Under the pieces are notes generated by a model, which was not told where the DNA came from, searched no databases, and saw only the letters and a program-made list of their open reading frames with translations. From Solirubrobacterales bacterium (GTDB taxonomy: Bacteria > Actinomycetota > Thermoleophilia > Solirubrobacterales > 70-9), in contig DASPWW010000028.1 in assembly GCA_035637595.1 (NCBI GenBank), positions 19,522 to 83,521 on the forward strand: 64,000 nt of DNA, read 5' to 3'. Shown one piece after another: positions 26,236 through 35,319 of the stretch. The stretch's first letter is position 1; each line of letters starts with the position of its first letter. Both the position numbers and the translations under genes were made by a program.

Positions 26236-28287
26236 GTGGGGAGTTGGGATAGACCACGGGTGTTGGGGCTTGTCGCGTTCCTGCTCGCGGTCCTGGGCGG
26301 CACGACGGACGCGGCAGCCGTGGTGCCAGACCCGACGTTCGGCACCGGCGGCATCGTCACGACGCCGATCGGTCCGACGGCAGGCGACGAGGACGCTGCC
26401 TACGCGATGGCGATCGAGCCGAGCAGCGGCAAGATCGTGCTCGCCGGTACGTCCGAGGGCGGCGATGAGTTCGCGGTCGCCCGCTACAACGCCAACGGCA
26501 GTCTCGACACGAGCTTCAGCACGGACGGCATCGTCACAACCGACATCTCGGGGCCGATCGCGATGACCTCCGGCGCCGACGAAGGGCGCGCCGTCGTCAT
26601 CCAGCCGGACGGCAAGATCGTCGTCGCGGGGTTCGCCGATGCGATTCCCAGCAGCGACGGGCTCGGGGCCGACTTCGCCCTGGTCCGCTACAACGCCGAC
26701 GGCAGCCTCGACACGAACGCCGATGCCGATCCCGGCACCGACTTCGGGGGCGACGGCAAGGTCACGACCACAGTCGGCGCCTTCGACTCCGCCGCCTACG
26801 CGCTCGCCCGCCAGGCTGACGGCAAGCTCGTCGCCGCGGGCCAGAGCTCGGCGGGGAGTCACTTCGACTTCGCGCTCGTCCGCTACAACGGCGACGGCAC
26901 CCTGGACACGAACGCCGACGCTGATCCCGGTACGCACTTCGACACCGACGGCGAGGCGACAACGGACTTCGCCGGGGTGTCCGCCAACGACGCAGCGAAC
27001 GCCGTCGCGATCCAGTCCGACGGCAAGATCGTGGCTGCCGGGTACTCGAACACCGGGGCGAGCGGCGTGAGCGATGACTTCGCGCTCGCGCGCTACAACG
27101 CGAACGGGAGCCTCGACACGAACACGGACGCCGATCCCACCGTCGATTTCGGCGGCGACGGCAAGGTGACCACGCCGATCAGTACCCAGACGACCTTCAA
27201 CCAGGATCGGGCCAACGCGCTCGCGATCCAGACCAACGGCAAGTTGATCGCAGCCGGTTCGTCCCAGGTGACGCCGACAGAAGAGTTCGCCCTGGCGCGC
27301 TACAACGCCGACGGCAGCCTTGACACGGACGCCGATGCCGATCCCGGCACCGATTTCAGCGGTGACGGGATCGTGACCACGAACGTCAGCCCGATCGGCA
27401 ACACCAGCGTCGCCTACGGCGTCGCGATCCAGGCCGACGGCAAGCTCGTCGCGGCCGGTCGGGCCACCAACAGCGATTGCTGCACCTTCCACCGGGACTT
27501 CGGGCTGGCCCGCTACAACCCGAACGGCAGCCTCGACCCGACGTTCAGCGACGACGGCATCGCGACCACCGCGGTCGCAGCCGATCCGTTCGTCGACCTC
27601 GCGCGCACCGTCGCGATCCAGGTGGACGGCAAGATCGTCGCCGGGGGCTACGCGGACGTGGGCACGAGCTTCGAGGACTTCGACTTCGCGCTCGTCCGCT
27701 ACATCGACGTGCCCCAGACGACGATCACCTCGGGTCCCACGGGCACTACCGGCAACACGACGCCGACGTTCGCCTTCGCCTCCGACGAGCCAGGGTCGAC
27801 CTTCCAGTGCGCTCTCGACGGCGCTCCGCTCGGCGCGTGCTCGGGCCCCGGCGACACGCACACCCCCTCGAGCCCGCTCGCCGACGGCCCGCATCTGTTC
27901 ACGGTGCGAGCAACCGATACCGACGGCAATGCCGACCCGACCCCCGCAACCCGGGCGTTCACCGTCGACACGCAGGGCCCCGTCATCCCCCCGCCGGGGA
28001 GCTCGACGAGCGACGCCGATCCGCCCGACACCACAATCACCAAGCGGCCCAAGGACAAGACCAGGAAGAAGTCCGCGACGTTCGAGTTCAGCTCCGACGA
28101 GCCGGGTTCGAGCTTCGAGTGCAGCCTCGACGGCGGTCCGTTTCAGCCCTGCGGCTCGCCGGACGTGGTGAAGGTCAAGAAAGGCAAGCATCACTTCGAG
28201 GTCCGCGCCACCGACGCGGCCGGCAACGTCGAGCCGACGCCGGCCACGGACAGCTGGACCGTGAAGAAAAAGAAGAAGAAGCGGTAG
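26236..28287 (+). CDS. Secreted seven-repeat beta-propeller (delta-60-type repeats) protein with two C-terminal Ig-like modules, the last one lysine-rich
   Basis: 683 aa with a signal peptide. About seven units of DGKIV(A/V)AG...F(A)L(A/V)RYN(A/P)(D/N)GSLD. An ordinary Ig-like module sits at 27712-27969 and the Lys-rich module at 28018-28287 (tail WTVKKKKKKR). Confidence 0.88.
   Translation: MGSWDRPRVLGLVAFLLAVLGGTTDAAAVVPDPTFGTGGIVTTPIGPTAGDEDAAYAMAIEPSSGKIVLAGTSEGGDEFAVARYNANGSLDTSFSTDGIVTTDISGPIAMTSGADEGRAVVIQPDGKIVVAGFADAIPSSDGLGADFALVRYNADGSLDTNADADPGTDFGGDGKVTTTVGAFDSAAYALARQADGKLVAAGQSSAGSHFDFALVRYNGDGTLDTNADADPGTHFDTDGEATTDFAGVSANDAANAVAIQSDGKIVAAGYSNTGASGVSDDFALARYNANGSLDTNTDADPTVDFGGDGKVTTPISTQTTFNQDRANALAIQTNGKLIAAGSSQVTPTEEFALARYNADGSLDTDADADPGTDFSGDGIVTTNVSPIGNTSVAYGVAIQADGKLVAAGRATNSDCCTFHRDFGLARYNPNGSLDPTFSDDGIATTAVAADPFVDLARTVAIQVDGKIVAGGYADVGTSFEDFDFALVRYIDVPQTTITSGPTGTTGNTTPTFAFASDEPGSTFQCALDGAPLGACSGPGDTHTPSSPLADGPHLFTVRATDTDGNADPTPATRAFTVDTQGPVIPPPGSSTSDADPPDTTITKRPKDKTRKKSATFEFSSDEPGSSFECSLDGGPFQPCGSPDVVKVKKGKHHFEVRATDAAGNVEPTPATDSWTVKKKKKKR
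28042..28164 (+). repeat. Copy B of the near-identical 123-nt DNA segment
   Basis: See 25288-25410. Confidence 0.85.
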
Positions 28288-28291
28288 CCGG

Positions 28292-29551
28292 CTAGGAGAC
28301 CTCGGCCGGCTGCTCGACCTCGAGCTTCGCGGCGCGGCGCAGCGCGGCGGCGCGATCGACGCGCTCCCACGTGAAGTCGTGATCGTCGCGGCCGAAATGG
28401 CCATATGCGGCCGTCTTCTGGTAGATCGGGCGGTGGAGGTCGAGGTCGCGCCGGATCGCCGCCGGTCGAAGGTCGAACTCGTCCTCGATGATCGCCGCGA
28501 TCTCGACATCGGGGATCTTGCCGGTCCCATAGGTCTGGACCATCAGCGAGATCGGATGGGCGACCCCGATCGCGTAGGCGACCTGGACCTCGCAGCGATC
28601 GGCGAGCCCCGCGGCGACGACGTTCTTGGCCACGTAGCGGGCCGCGTAGGCAGCCGAGCGGTCGACCTTCGAGGGATCCTTGCCGGAGAACGCGCCGCCG
28701 CCGTGGCGGGCGGCGCCGCCGTAGGTGTCGACGATGATCTTGCGGCCCGTGAGACCGGCGTCGCCGACCGGCCCGCCGATCACGAAGCGGCCCGTCGGGT
28801 TGACGAAGAAGTGATCCTTCGTGTTGAGCTTGCGCTCGTCGTAGAGCTCCGCCGGGAGGATGGGATGCACGACGTGCTCCCAGAGGTCGGGACGGATCAG
28901 GGTGTCGGCGTCCACCCCGTCCTTGTGCTGAGTCGAGATCAGGACCTTCTCGATCTCGATCGGCCGCCCGCTCTCGTAGCGGACCGTGACCTGCGTCTTG
29001 CCGTCGGGGCGAAGGTACGGCACGACATCGCCGCGTCTGACCTCGGCGAGCCGGTGGGCGAGCTTGTGCGCGAGCGAGATCGGCAGTGGCATCAGCTCCG
29101 GCGTCTCGCGCGTCGCGTAGCCGAACATCATCCCCTGGTCGCCGGCCCCCGCGAGGTCGAGCTCATCGTCGTCGGCGGGATCGGTTCGCGCCTCCAGCGC
29201 CTTGTCGACGCCCTGGGCGATGTCAGGTGACTGCTTGTCGATCGCGTTTATGACCGCACAGGAGTCGGCGGAGAAGCCGAGGTCCGCGTCCGTGTAGCCG
29301 ATCTTGCGGATCGTCCGGCGCGCCACGTCGGGGATGTCCACGTAGGTCTCGGTCGTGATCTCGCCCGACACGACCACGAGCCCGGTGTTGACCAGGGTCT
29401 CGCACGCCACCCGGCCGTTGGGGTCATCAGCCATCACCGCGTCGAGGACGCCGTCGGAGATCTGATCGCAGATCTTGTCGGGGTGGCCCTCCGTGACGGA
29501 TTCGGAGGTGAACAGGTGCTCGTTCTCGCCTAGCTTCTCGATCTCGCTCAT
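28292..29551 (-). CDS. metK: S-adenosylmethionine synthetase
   Basis: 419 aa with [30 protein letters not shown] and [19 protein letters not shown]. Confidence 0.95.
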   Translation of the reverse strand: MSEIEKLGENEHLFTSESVTEGHPDKICDQISDGVLDAVMADDPNGRVACETLVNTGLVVVSGEITTETYVDIPDVARRTIRKIGYTDADLGFSADSCAVINAIDKQSPDIAQGVDKALEARTDPADDDELDLAGAGDQGMMFGYATRETPELMPLPISLAHKLAHRLAEVRRGDVVPYLRPDGKTQVTVRYESGRPIEIEKVLISTQHKDGVDADTLIRPDLWEHVVHPILPAELYDERKLNTKDHFFVNPTGRFVIGGPVGDAGLTGRKIIVDTYGGAARHGGGAFSGKDPSKVDRSAAYAARYVAKNVVAAGLADRCEVQVAYAIGVAHPISLMVQTYGTGKIPDVEIAAIIEDEFDLRPAAIRRDLDLHRPIYQKTAAYGHFGRDDHDFTWERVDRAAALRRAAKLEVEQPAEVS

Positions 29552-29606
29552 AGGCTCGCGAATGCTAGCCGGGTGGCGCCCGGCGTGCCCGGGAACGCGG
29601 CGAGCG

Positions 29607-31466
29607 TCAGCCCTCGACCGTGAGCCGCGCCTCTGTCTCGATGCCCGACTCGTCGCGGGTCACCGCGAGCCCCAGGCCCTCGAGCTTGCGGATCTCCGAA
29701 GCGAAAAGGGCATAGGCGGGGTCGGCACCGAGGCCCTGGCGCTCGGCGAGCGCGATCAGGTCGCCGACGTTGAGGTAGAGAAGCGCGGAGGGCTTGCCGG
29801 GGAGGTCATCGGTGGCCCGTTCGAAGCCGTCGGAGTCGCCGAGGTTGTCGTCGCCCGACTTGACCTGCTTGACGCCCGCCGGATCGGTCGCGACCACCAG
29901 CTTGTCGTCGAAGAGCGCGTAGGTCAGGTTGACGGTCGGCGATATGCGAAGACTGCGAGCCTGAACTCCCTCGATCTCCTCACCCTCGAACACCGGCGCC
30001 TGACCGCCCTCCTCCGGCTCGAGCGCCTCGGAGATCGGGATCTGGAGATCGGCAAGCGCCTTGCGAGCGCGCTCCTCGTCGACCTCGTCGGCTACGAAGC
30101 CGAGGTAGGGGACGCCCGCGAACGACAGCTCACCCGGCTCGGCCGGAAGAGGAGCCGGACCGCCTGGCTCGATCCCCGGCGGAGGCTCGGGCTCGTCCTC
30201 GCCTCCGCCGCCCTGATCTCCCTGCGCGGGTGGCGGCTCGATGCCGATCGCGGCCTCGCCGCCGAGCAACGGGAGCACCTCGCGCTGAAGATTCACCTTG
30301 CCCTCGTCCTCGAGCTGCTTGGAGAAGTCCTCGAAGCCGGCAACGAGGCCGGGGGCCTCAGCGGTGGCCTGGGCGAGCAGGGCCTTGATGCTGTCCTTGG
30401 GGTCGCCGAGCCCGAGGTAGACGAGGGCGCCGGAGCTGAGCTCGTCGGCGAGATTCGGCTCGAATGGCGGGAAGGCTTCGAAGAACCCCGGTGAGTTGCG
30501 CAGCCGCTCGGGATCGAGCAGGCTGTGGGAGTCGACCTCGATGCCGTCGCCGGTGACGGCGAGCGCCGCACCCGCGCCCAGCGTCGCGTCGGAGTTGACG
30601 AACGCCTCGAACCCACCGAGCGGCGCCCCGGCGCGGAACAGGTCCTCGGCGCCCTGCTCGGAGACGTATGCCGTGACCAGGCTGTCGTCGGGCAGCTCGT
30701 CGTCGATCTCCTCGGCCGGGCCGGAGTCCTCGAGCGAGCGCGAGCCCAGCCCGGCGTCGATGACACGCTCGACGGCGAGCTCGGTGCCGACGACGAGAAA
30801 GCCCTGGACGACCGCCGTGGAGACACCGCCGCGGGTGGTCACCGCGACGTCGCGGTAATCCGCGCTCTTGGTCCCCTTGCCGGTGAGCTGGTCGGCGAAC
30901 CGCCGCGCGCCGGCCTCGTTTCCGACCTCGAGCAGCAGCGCCTGATCGATCTTCTTTCCCGTCGCGGGAACGAGCGCAACCGCCGCCTCGCCGCCGAGCC
31001 ACGGCCGGACATCACGCCCGTAGTCGATCCCCGCCCCCGCCGCCCCGGGCAGGCGAGCGACGAGCTGGCCCGTGAGCGACGGCAGCCGGGCGGCGAGCGC
31101 CGCGGCGCGCTCGTACTGCTCGGTGTCGGGGTCGGTGTTGACGTGCACGTACAGCAGCGCGTCGCCGGGCACGAGCGCCGCAGCGTCGTCGGCAGGTGGG
31201 CAGCGATCGCCGCCGGGAAGCTGGCAGGGCAGCGCGGGCACGGCGAGCAGCACGAAGGTCGCCACCACGACCACAACCCCCGCTCCGATCGCGACGCGCC
31301 GGCGAACCCGCAACGAGAGCTCGAACCAGAGATGTCGAACTCGTGACCCGATCCAGGTCGGGATGCGGCGGGCCGCGATCGCGAGGTCCTCGATCCGGTA
31401 CCACACCCGCCGCGCTCTTCGGCGTATTCCGAGCAGCATGTCTTTGGACGAAGGCGGGCCGGGCAC
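29607..31466 (-). CDS. Membrane-anchored extracytoplasmic protein, function unknown (possibly DUF3352-like)
   Basis: 619 aa with a GTG start (alternative ATG at 31439). It has an Arg-rich N-terminus, one TM helix ([16 protein letters not shown]) and a large acidic ectodomain. The family name is from memory only. Confidence 0.55.
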   Translation of the reverse strand: MPGPPSSKDMLLGIRRRARRVWYRIEDLAIAARRIPTWIGSRVRHLWFELSLRVRRRVAIGAGVVVVVATFVLLAVPALPCQLPGGDRCPPADDAAALVPGDALLYVHVNTDPDTEQYERAAALAARLPSLTGQLVARLPGAAGAGIDYGRDVRPWLGGEAAVALVPATGKKIDQALLLEVGNEAGARRFADQLTGKGTKSADYRDVAVTTRGGVSTAVVQGFLVVGTELAVERVIDAGLGSRSLEDSGPAEEIDDELPDDSLVTAYVSEQGAEDLFRAGAPLGGFEAFVNSDATLGAGAALAVTGDGIEVDSHSLLDPERLRNSPGFFEAFPPFEPNLADELSSGALVYLGLGDPKDSIKALLAQATAEAPGLVAGFEDFSKQLEDEGKVNLQREVLPLLGGEAAIGIEPPPAQGDQGGGGEDEPEPPPGIEPGGPAPLPAEPGELSFAGVPYLGFVADEVDEERARKALADLQIPISEALEPEEGGQAPVFEGEEIEGVQARSLRISPTVNLTYALFDDKLVVATDPAGVKQVKSGDDNLGDSDGFERATDDLPGKPSALLYLNVGDLIALAERQGLGADPAYALFASEIRKLEGLGLAVTRDESGIETEARLTVEG

Positions 31467-31591
31467 GAGCGGCGGTTTATAGCCGAACGCTCAGCGGTTC
31501 CAGCCGGTTCATCCGCCTCAGGTGGGCCTCGCAGGGAACGTTGTGCCGGAAACGGCGTGACCCAGGCGCCGTCAGGCAAGGACGCAGGGAG

Positions 31592-31616
31592 GGGGCAAGG
31601 GCAGCGCCCTGGCCCC
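31592..31616 (-). terminator. Candidate terminator hairpin downstream of der
   Basis: GGGGCCAGGGC-GCU-GCCCUUGCCCC (11-bp stem with one mismatch) about 55 nt after the der stop. There is no U tract. Confidence 0.3.
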
Positions 31617-31670
31617 GACCGAGGACGCAGCATGACGGCGATCTGGGGCCGCCGTTTCGGGTGGATCGTT

Positions 31671-33032
31671 TCAGCGAGGCCCACTAGCCCGCTGCGGGTC
31701 CCCGGCCCGGCGGCGCCCGCGGCGCCCGCGCTGCGAGTGGGGGACGTAGTCGATCACGAGCGGCACCCCCTCCAGTCCGTAGCGATCGCGCAGCCGGTTC
31801 TCGAGGTGAAAGGCCCAGTCGCGCGAGATCAGGCGGCGGTCATTGACCTGTATCGCAAAGCGTGGTGGGCGCCGCCCCACCTGGGCAGCGTAGTAGAGGC
31901 GCAGCCGCCGGCCGCGCCGCGACGGCGGCGGGGTCGTCGAGACGACGTCGGCGATGAAGCGGTTGAGCTCGGGCGTCGGAATTCGTTCGGCGCGGCGATC
32001 GGCGAGCGCCAGCGCCTCGCTTAGCAGCTGAGGGATGCCGCGGCCGGTCTTCGCCGACGCGGTGCGAAGCGGCGGTCGCAGCCGCACCCGCCGCTCGAGC
32101 CGCGCCCGTACGTCATCGAGGTCCAGGTCGGCCACGTCCCACTTGTTGAGGGCGATCAGCGTCGCGCAGCCGGAGCGCATCGCGAGCTGGGCGACCCGGA
32201 GGTCCTCGGAGGTCAGCCCCTCGGAGGCGTCGCATACGACCAGGGCCACGTCGGCGCGCTCCGCGGCGCGCTCGGCGCGAAGCTGCGCGTAGTAGGCGAC
32301 CGTCCCGGCAACCTTGCCGCGCCGGCGAAGGCCCGCGGTGTCGATCAGGACCACACGCCGCCCGTCGACCTCGAGCTCGGTGTCGATCGCATCGCGCGTC
32401 GTTCCCGCGCGCTCGGAGACGATCACCCGCTCGGTGCCGAGAAACGCGTTGAGCAGGGACGACTTGCCGACGTTCGGACGGCCGATGATCGCCAGTCGCA
32501 CCGCCTCGGAGCTCGGCGGCCCCCCCTGCGCCGATGTGGCGATCGCGGCGAGGCGATCGAGCAGGTCGCCGGTGCCGAGGCCGTGGGTCGCGGATACGGG
32601 GTGTGGCTCGCCGAGCCCGAGGCCGTGAAGCTCTGCCGCCATGTGCTCGTCCTCGCGCCGGTCGATCTTGTTGGCGACGACCAGCACCGCTGGCTCGGCG
32701 CCCCGCAGGGTCGCCGCGAGCTCGGCGTCTCCGGCGCGCACCCCGGCGCGGGCGTCGATCACCAGCAGGATCGCGTCGGCCTCCGAGATCGCCTCGCGTG
32801 CCTGGCGCTGAACGGCCGCCGAGAGCGAGTCGCCCGCCGCCAGGTCCACGCCGCCGGTGTCGACGAGCTGGAAGCGAACGCCGTTCCACTCGCAGTCCAG
32901 CGCCTTGCGGTCCCGGGTGACGCCGGGCTCGGGGTGCACGACCGCATCGCGGCCACCGGCGAGCCGGTTCGCGAGCGTGCTCTTGCCGACGTTGGGAAAG
33001 CCGACGATCGCGATCTGGGGCGGGCGGGTCAC
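31671..33032 (-). CDS. der: Ribosome-associated GTPase Der (EngA)
   Basis: ORF 31671..33764 trimmed to GTG 33032 (GTGA overlap with the cmk stop). It has two G domains ([22 protein letters not shown]) plus a KH-like C-terminus. Confidence 0.92.
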   Translation of the reverse strand: MTRPPQIAIVGFPNVGKSTLANRLAGGRDAVVHPEPGVTRDRKALDCEWNGVRFQLVDTGGVDLAAGDSLSAAVQRQAREAISEADAILLVIDARAGVRAGDAELAATLRGAEPAVLVVANKIDRREDEHMAAELHGLGLGEPHPVSATHGLGTGDLLDRLAAIATSAQGGPPSSEAVRLAIIGRPNVGKSSLLNAFLGTERVIVSERAGTTRDAIDTELEVDGRRVVLIDTAGLRRRGKVAGTVAYYAQLRAERAAERADVALVVCDASEGLTSEDLRVAQLAMRSGCATLIALNKWDVADLDLDDVRARLERRVRLRPPLRTASAKTGRGIPQLLSEALALADRRAERIPTPELNRFIADVVSTTPPPSRRGRRLRLYYAAQVGRRPPRFAIQVNDRRLISRDWAFHLENRLRDRYGLEGVPLVIDYVPHSQRGRRGRRRAGDPQRASGPR

Positions 33033-33667
33033 GCCAGTCCCCTCGCCCTCGCGAGCTCGACGACCCGCGCGACGACCTCCGCCACCGAGAGCCCGCTCGT
33101 GTCGACCTCGACGGCGTCTTCGGCTGCTCGCAGCGCTCCGTGGCGGCGTTCGGTGTCGCGTTCGTCGCGACGCCGCTGCTCGGCGAGCACCCGCTCGACG
33201 GGCTCGCCGGTCTCGGCCGCGCGGCGCCGCGCCCGCTCCTCGTCGGACGCGGTCAGGAATACCTTCAGCGGAGCGTCGGGGCTGACCACGGTCCCGATGT
33301 CGCGTCCCTCGGCCACGTAGCGGCCGGCCGCGATCAGCGCCCTCTGGCGTTCGACCATCGCCGCGCGGACCTCGGGGTGGATTGAGACCCGCGAGGCGGC
33401 ATCGGTCACCTCGGGCGCGCGAATCTGATCGGTGACGTCCTCGCCGTCGAGCCGAACCGCGCCGGCATCGAGATCGATTTCGAGCCGGCGTGCCAGCCCG
33501 CCGAGCTGCTCGACGTCGCCGGGGTCGATCCCATCGCGCAGCGCGGCGAGGGCGACCGAGCGGTACATCGCACCCGAGTCGAGATAGGTCAGCCCGAGCG
33601 CTGCGGCGACGCCGCGGGCCACGGTGGACTTCCCGGCCCCCGCGGGGCCGTCGATCGCGATGACCAT
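33029..33667 (-). CDS. cmk: Cytidylate kinase
   Basis: 212 aa with [30 protein letters not shown]. Confidence 0.92.
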   Translation of the reverse strand: MVIAIDGPAGAGKSTVARGVAAALGLTYLDSGAMYRSVALAALRDGIDPGDVEQLGGLARRLEIDLDAGAVRLDGEDVTDQIRAPEVTDAASRVSIHPEVRAAMVERQRALIAAGRYVAEGRDIGTVVSPDAPLKVFLTASDEERARRRAAETGEPVERVLAEQRRRDERDTERRHGALRAAEDAVEVDTSGLSVAEVVARVVELARARGLA

Positions 33668-33705
33668 GGCACGAGGGTAGTCGTGGAGTTGGCGATCGCG
33701 GCGCT

Positions 33706-34056
33706 ATGGATAGAGTTCCGCGCCGAGCCATGCAGACCTGGGACCTGTCGCAAATCGAGGTCAAAGCTCACAACCCCGAGGTCCTCGCTTCGCAGGACGA
33801 GGGCCGCGTCATCGTCCTCATGCTGCCCGCGGGCGAGCGCCTCCAGGAGCACCAGGTGCACGAGCGCGGCTGGCTCGTCGTCGCGTCCGGGAGGATCGAG
33901 ATCGAGGACACCGGCGGCGAGACCGTCAGCGGCGGTCCGGGACTGCTCGCCGAGTTCGATCCCAACGAGCGTCGCGAGATCCGCGCTACCGAGGACGCCC
34001 GGCTGCTGCTGATCCTCGCACCGTGGCCCGGCGAGGGCCACCCCAGCCAGCGCTGA
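33706..34056 (+). CDS. Cupin-domain protein
   Basis: 116 aa (alternative start MQTWDL at 33730) with a small beta-barrel pattern: [27 protein letters not shown]. Confidence 0.6.
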   Translation: MDRVPRRAMQTWDLSQIEVKAHNPEVLASQDEGRVIVLMLPAGERLQEHQVHERGWLVVASGRIEIEDTGGETVSGGPGLLAEFDPNERREIRATEDARLLLILAPWPGEGHPSQR

Positions 34057-34074
34057 CCGCGATCCGCGGCGCGG

Positions 34075-35313
34075 CTAGCCGACGAGCTGGAGGCGCTGCT
34101 CGCCGACGGTGATGCCGCCGGCCTCGGCGGTCTGCACCCGTGCCGTCGTCAGCAGGATCCGGTGGCTGCGCCGCAGCTCCCGCTTGCCGAACCGGGTGAG
34201 CTTCACCTTGACGACCGCGGTCTCGCCCGCGATCACGAGGAACCCGGTGGCCTTGCCGACCTCGCGTCCGTTCCCGAACAGCGCCAGCTCGCCGGCGCAG
34301 GAGTCCACCTCGAGCGCCGGGCACTCGACGCTGACCCTCGCCTTGCCATGACGCACGGACGCGCTCTCCACGGCCACCAGGGCGCCCCTTCGCTCGCAGT
34401 TGGGCTCGACGACGTCCAGCGGGTCGGCGAGGACCGTGTCCGTGCCCATGCCGCAGTCGAGCCGGTCGTGATAGCCGTCCGGTGAGGCGCCGCCGTTGAG
34501 GACGTCGTCGCCCTCCTCGCCCGATAGCTCATCGTTGCCCGCGAGGCCGACGAGCCGGTCGTCTCCGAGGTCGCCGAAGAACTCGTTGGCGCCGGCGTCG
34601 CCGGTCAGCGAGTCGTCGGACTCGGTGCCGAAGACGCGCTCGACCCGCATCAGGTTGTCGCCCTCGCCGGGAGTGCCATCGTTCGGCTGATCGTCGAAGC
34701 TGACCTCGACTCCGGTCAGGTAGCCGCCGTAGTCCACCTCGTCGATGCCCGAGCCCCCGTCGAGACGATCCGCTCCGGTCGCTGCGGGCCCGCTCGTGCC
34801 GTCGAGGAAGTCGTCGCCGGCCCCGCCGTCGTGATCGTCGTCGCCGAGGCTGTCGTCGATGAAGTCGTCGCCGGGCCCGGACCTCACGACGTCGTTGCCG
34901 TCTCCCGGCTCGACCTGGTTTTTGACCTCGAGGTTCTGATTGGTATAGCTGTCGTTTGCCTCCATCAGGTCCACGGCCACGATCCTCACCGGGGCGCCGC
35001 CGGGATCGAACGGGCAGGTGACCGTGGTCGCGTTCGGCGCCGAGCACTCGACTGCCGCGGTGGTAATCCCGCCCGGCCCCGTGTCGGTGATCGTGATCGT
35101 TCCGCCGGCAACCGAGACGTCGATCAGGTCGACGTCGCTCTCGCCGGTGATAACCACCACGCTTCCGAAGCCCGTTATGGAGACGTAGTCGACATCGGTC
35201 GCGGCCGAAGCCGGCGCGGCGCCCAACGCCACGACGAGCCCGGCGGCCGCGGCCAGCGCGAGCGCCAGCCGTCCCGGGCAACGGGCGCTCGCCGCTGTCA
35301 TCCTCGGCCGCAT
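34075..35313 (-). CDS. Secreted calcium-binding repeat (RTX/hemolysin-type GGxGxD) protein, paralog A
   Basis: 412 aa with signal peptide ..ALGAAPASAATD. It has DGGAGDDFLDG, GGSGIDEVD, GDAGANEFFGDLGDDRLVGLAGNDELSGEEGDDVLNGG and LDCGMGTDTV, then a C-terminal Ig-like domain. Confidence 0.8.
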   Translation of the reverse strand: MRPRMTAASARCPGRLALALAAAAGLVVALGAAPASAATDVDYVSITGFGSVVVITGESDVDLIDVSVAGGTITITDTGPGGITTAAVECSAPNATTVTCPFDPGGAPVRIVAVDLMEANDSYTNQNLEVKNQVEPGDGNDVVRSGPGDDFIDDSLGDDDHDGGAGDDFLDGTSGPAATGADRLDGGSGIDEVDYGGYLTGVEVSFDDQPNDGTPGEGDNLMRVERVFGTESDDSLTGDAGANEFFGDLGDDRLVGLAGNDELSGEEGDDVLNGGASPDGYHDRLDCGMGTDTVLADPLDVVEPNCERRGALVAVESASVRHGKARVSVECPALEVDSCAGELALFGNGREVGKATGFLVIAGETAVVKVKLTRFGKRELRRSHRILLTTARVQTAEAGGITVGEQRLQLVG

Positions 35314-35319
35314 CCCGCG

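Noticed and set aside
29552-29606. SAM riboswitch upstream of metK.
   Set aside because: The spacer is 55 nt. It contains only a short hairpin (GCCGGG-CGCCA-CCCGGC) and a TAGCAT hexamer, so there is no room for a SAM aptamer.
31671-33764. Over-long ORF-track models with Arg-rich N-terminal extensions: der 31671..33764, aroA 36555..37985, tyrA 37895..39415, hisC 41557..43035, aroH 42678..43415, scpB 46297..47733, fetB 54644..55987, gcvPB 59406..61583, gcvPA 60962..62788, rpmB 9687..10190 and others.
   Set aside because: The family-typical N-termini begin at internal ATG/GTG/TTG codons that coincide with the upstream gene's stop. The extensions overlap the upstream gene in another frame.
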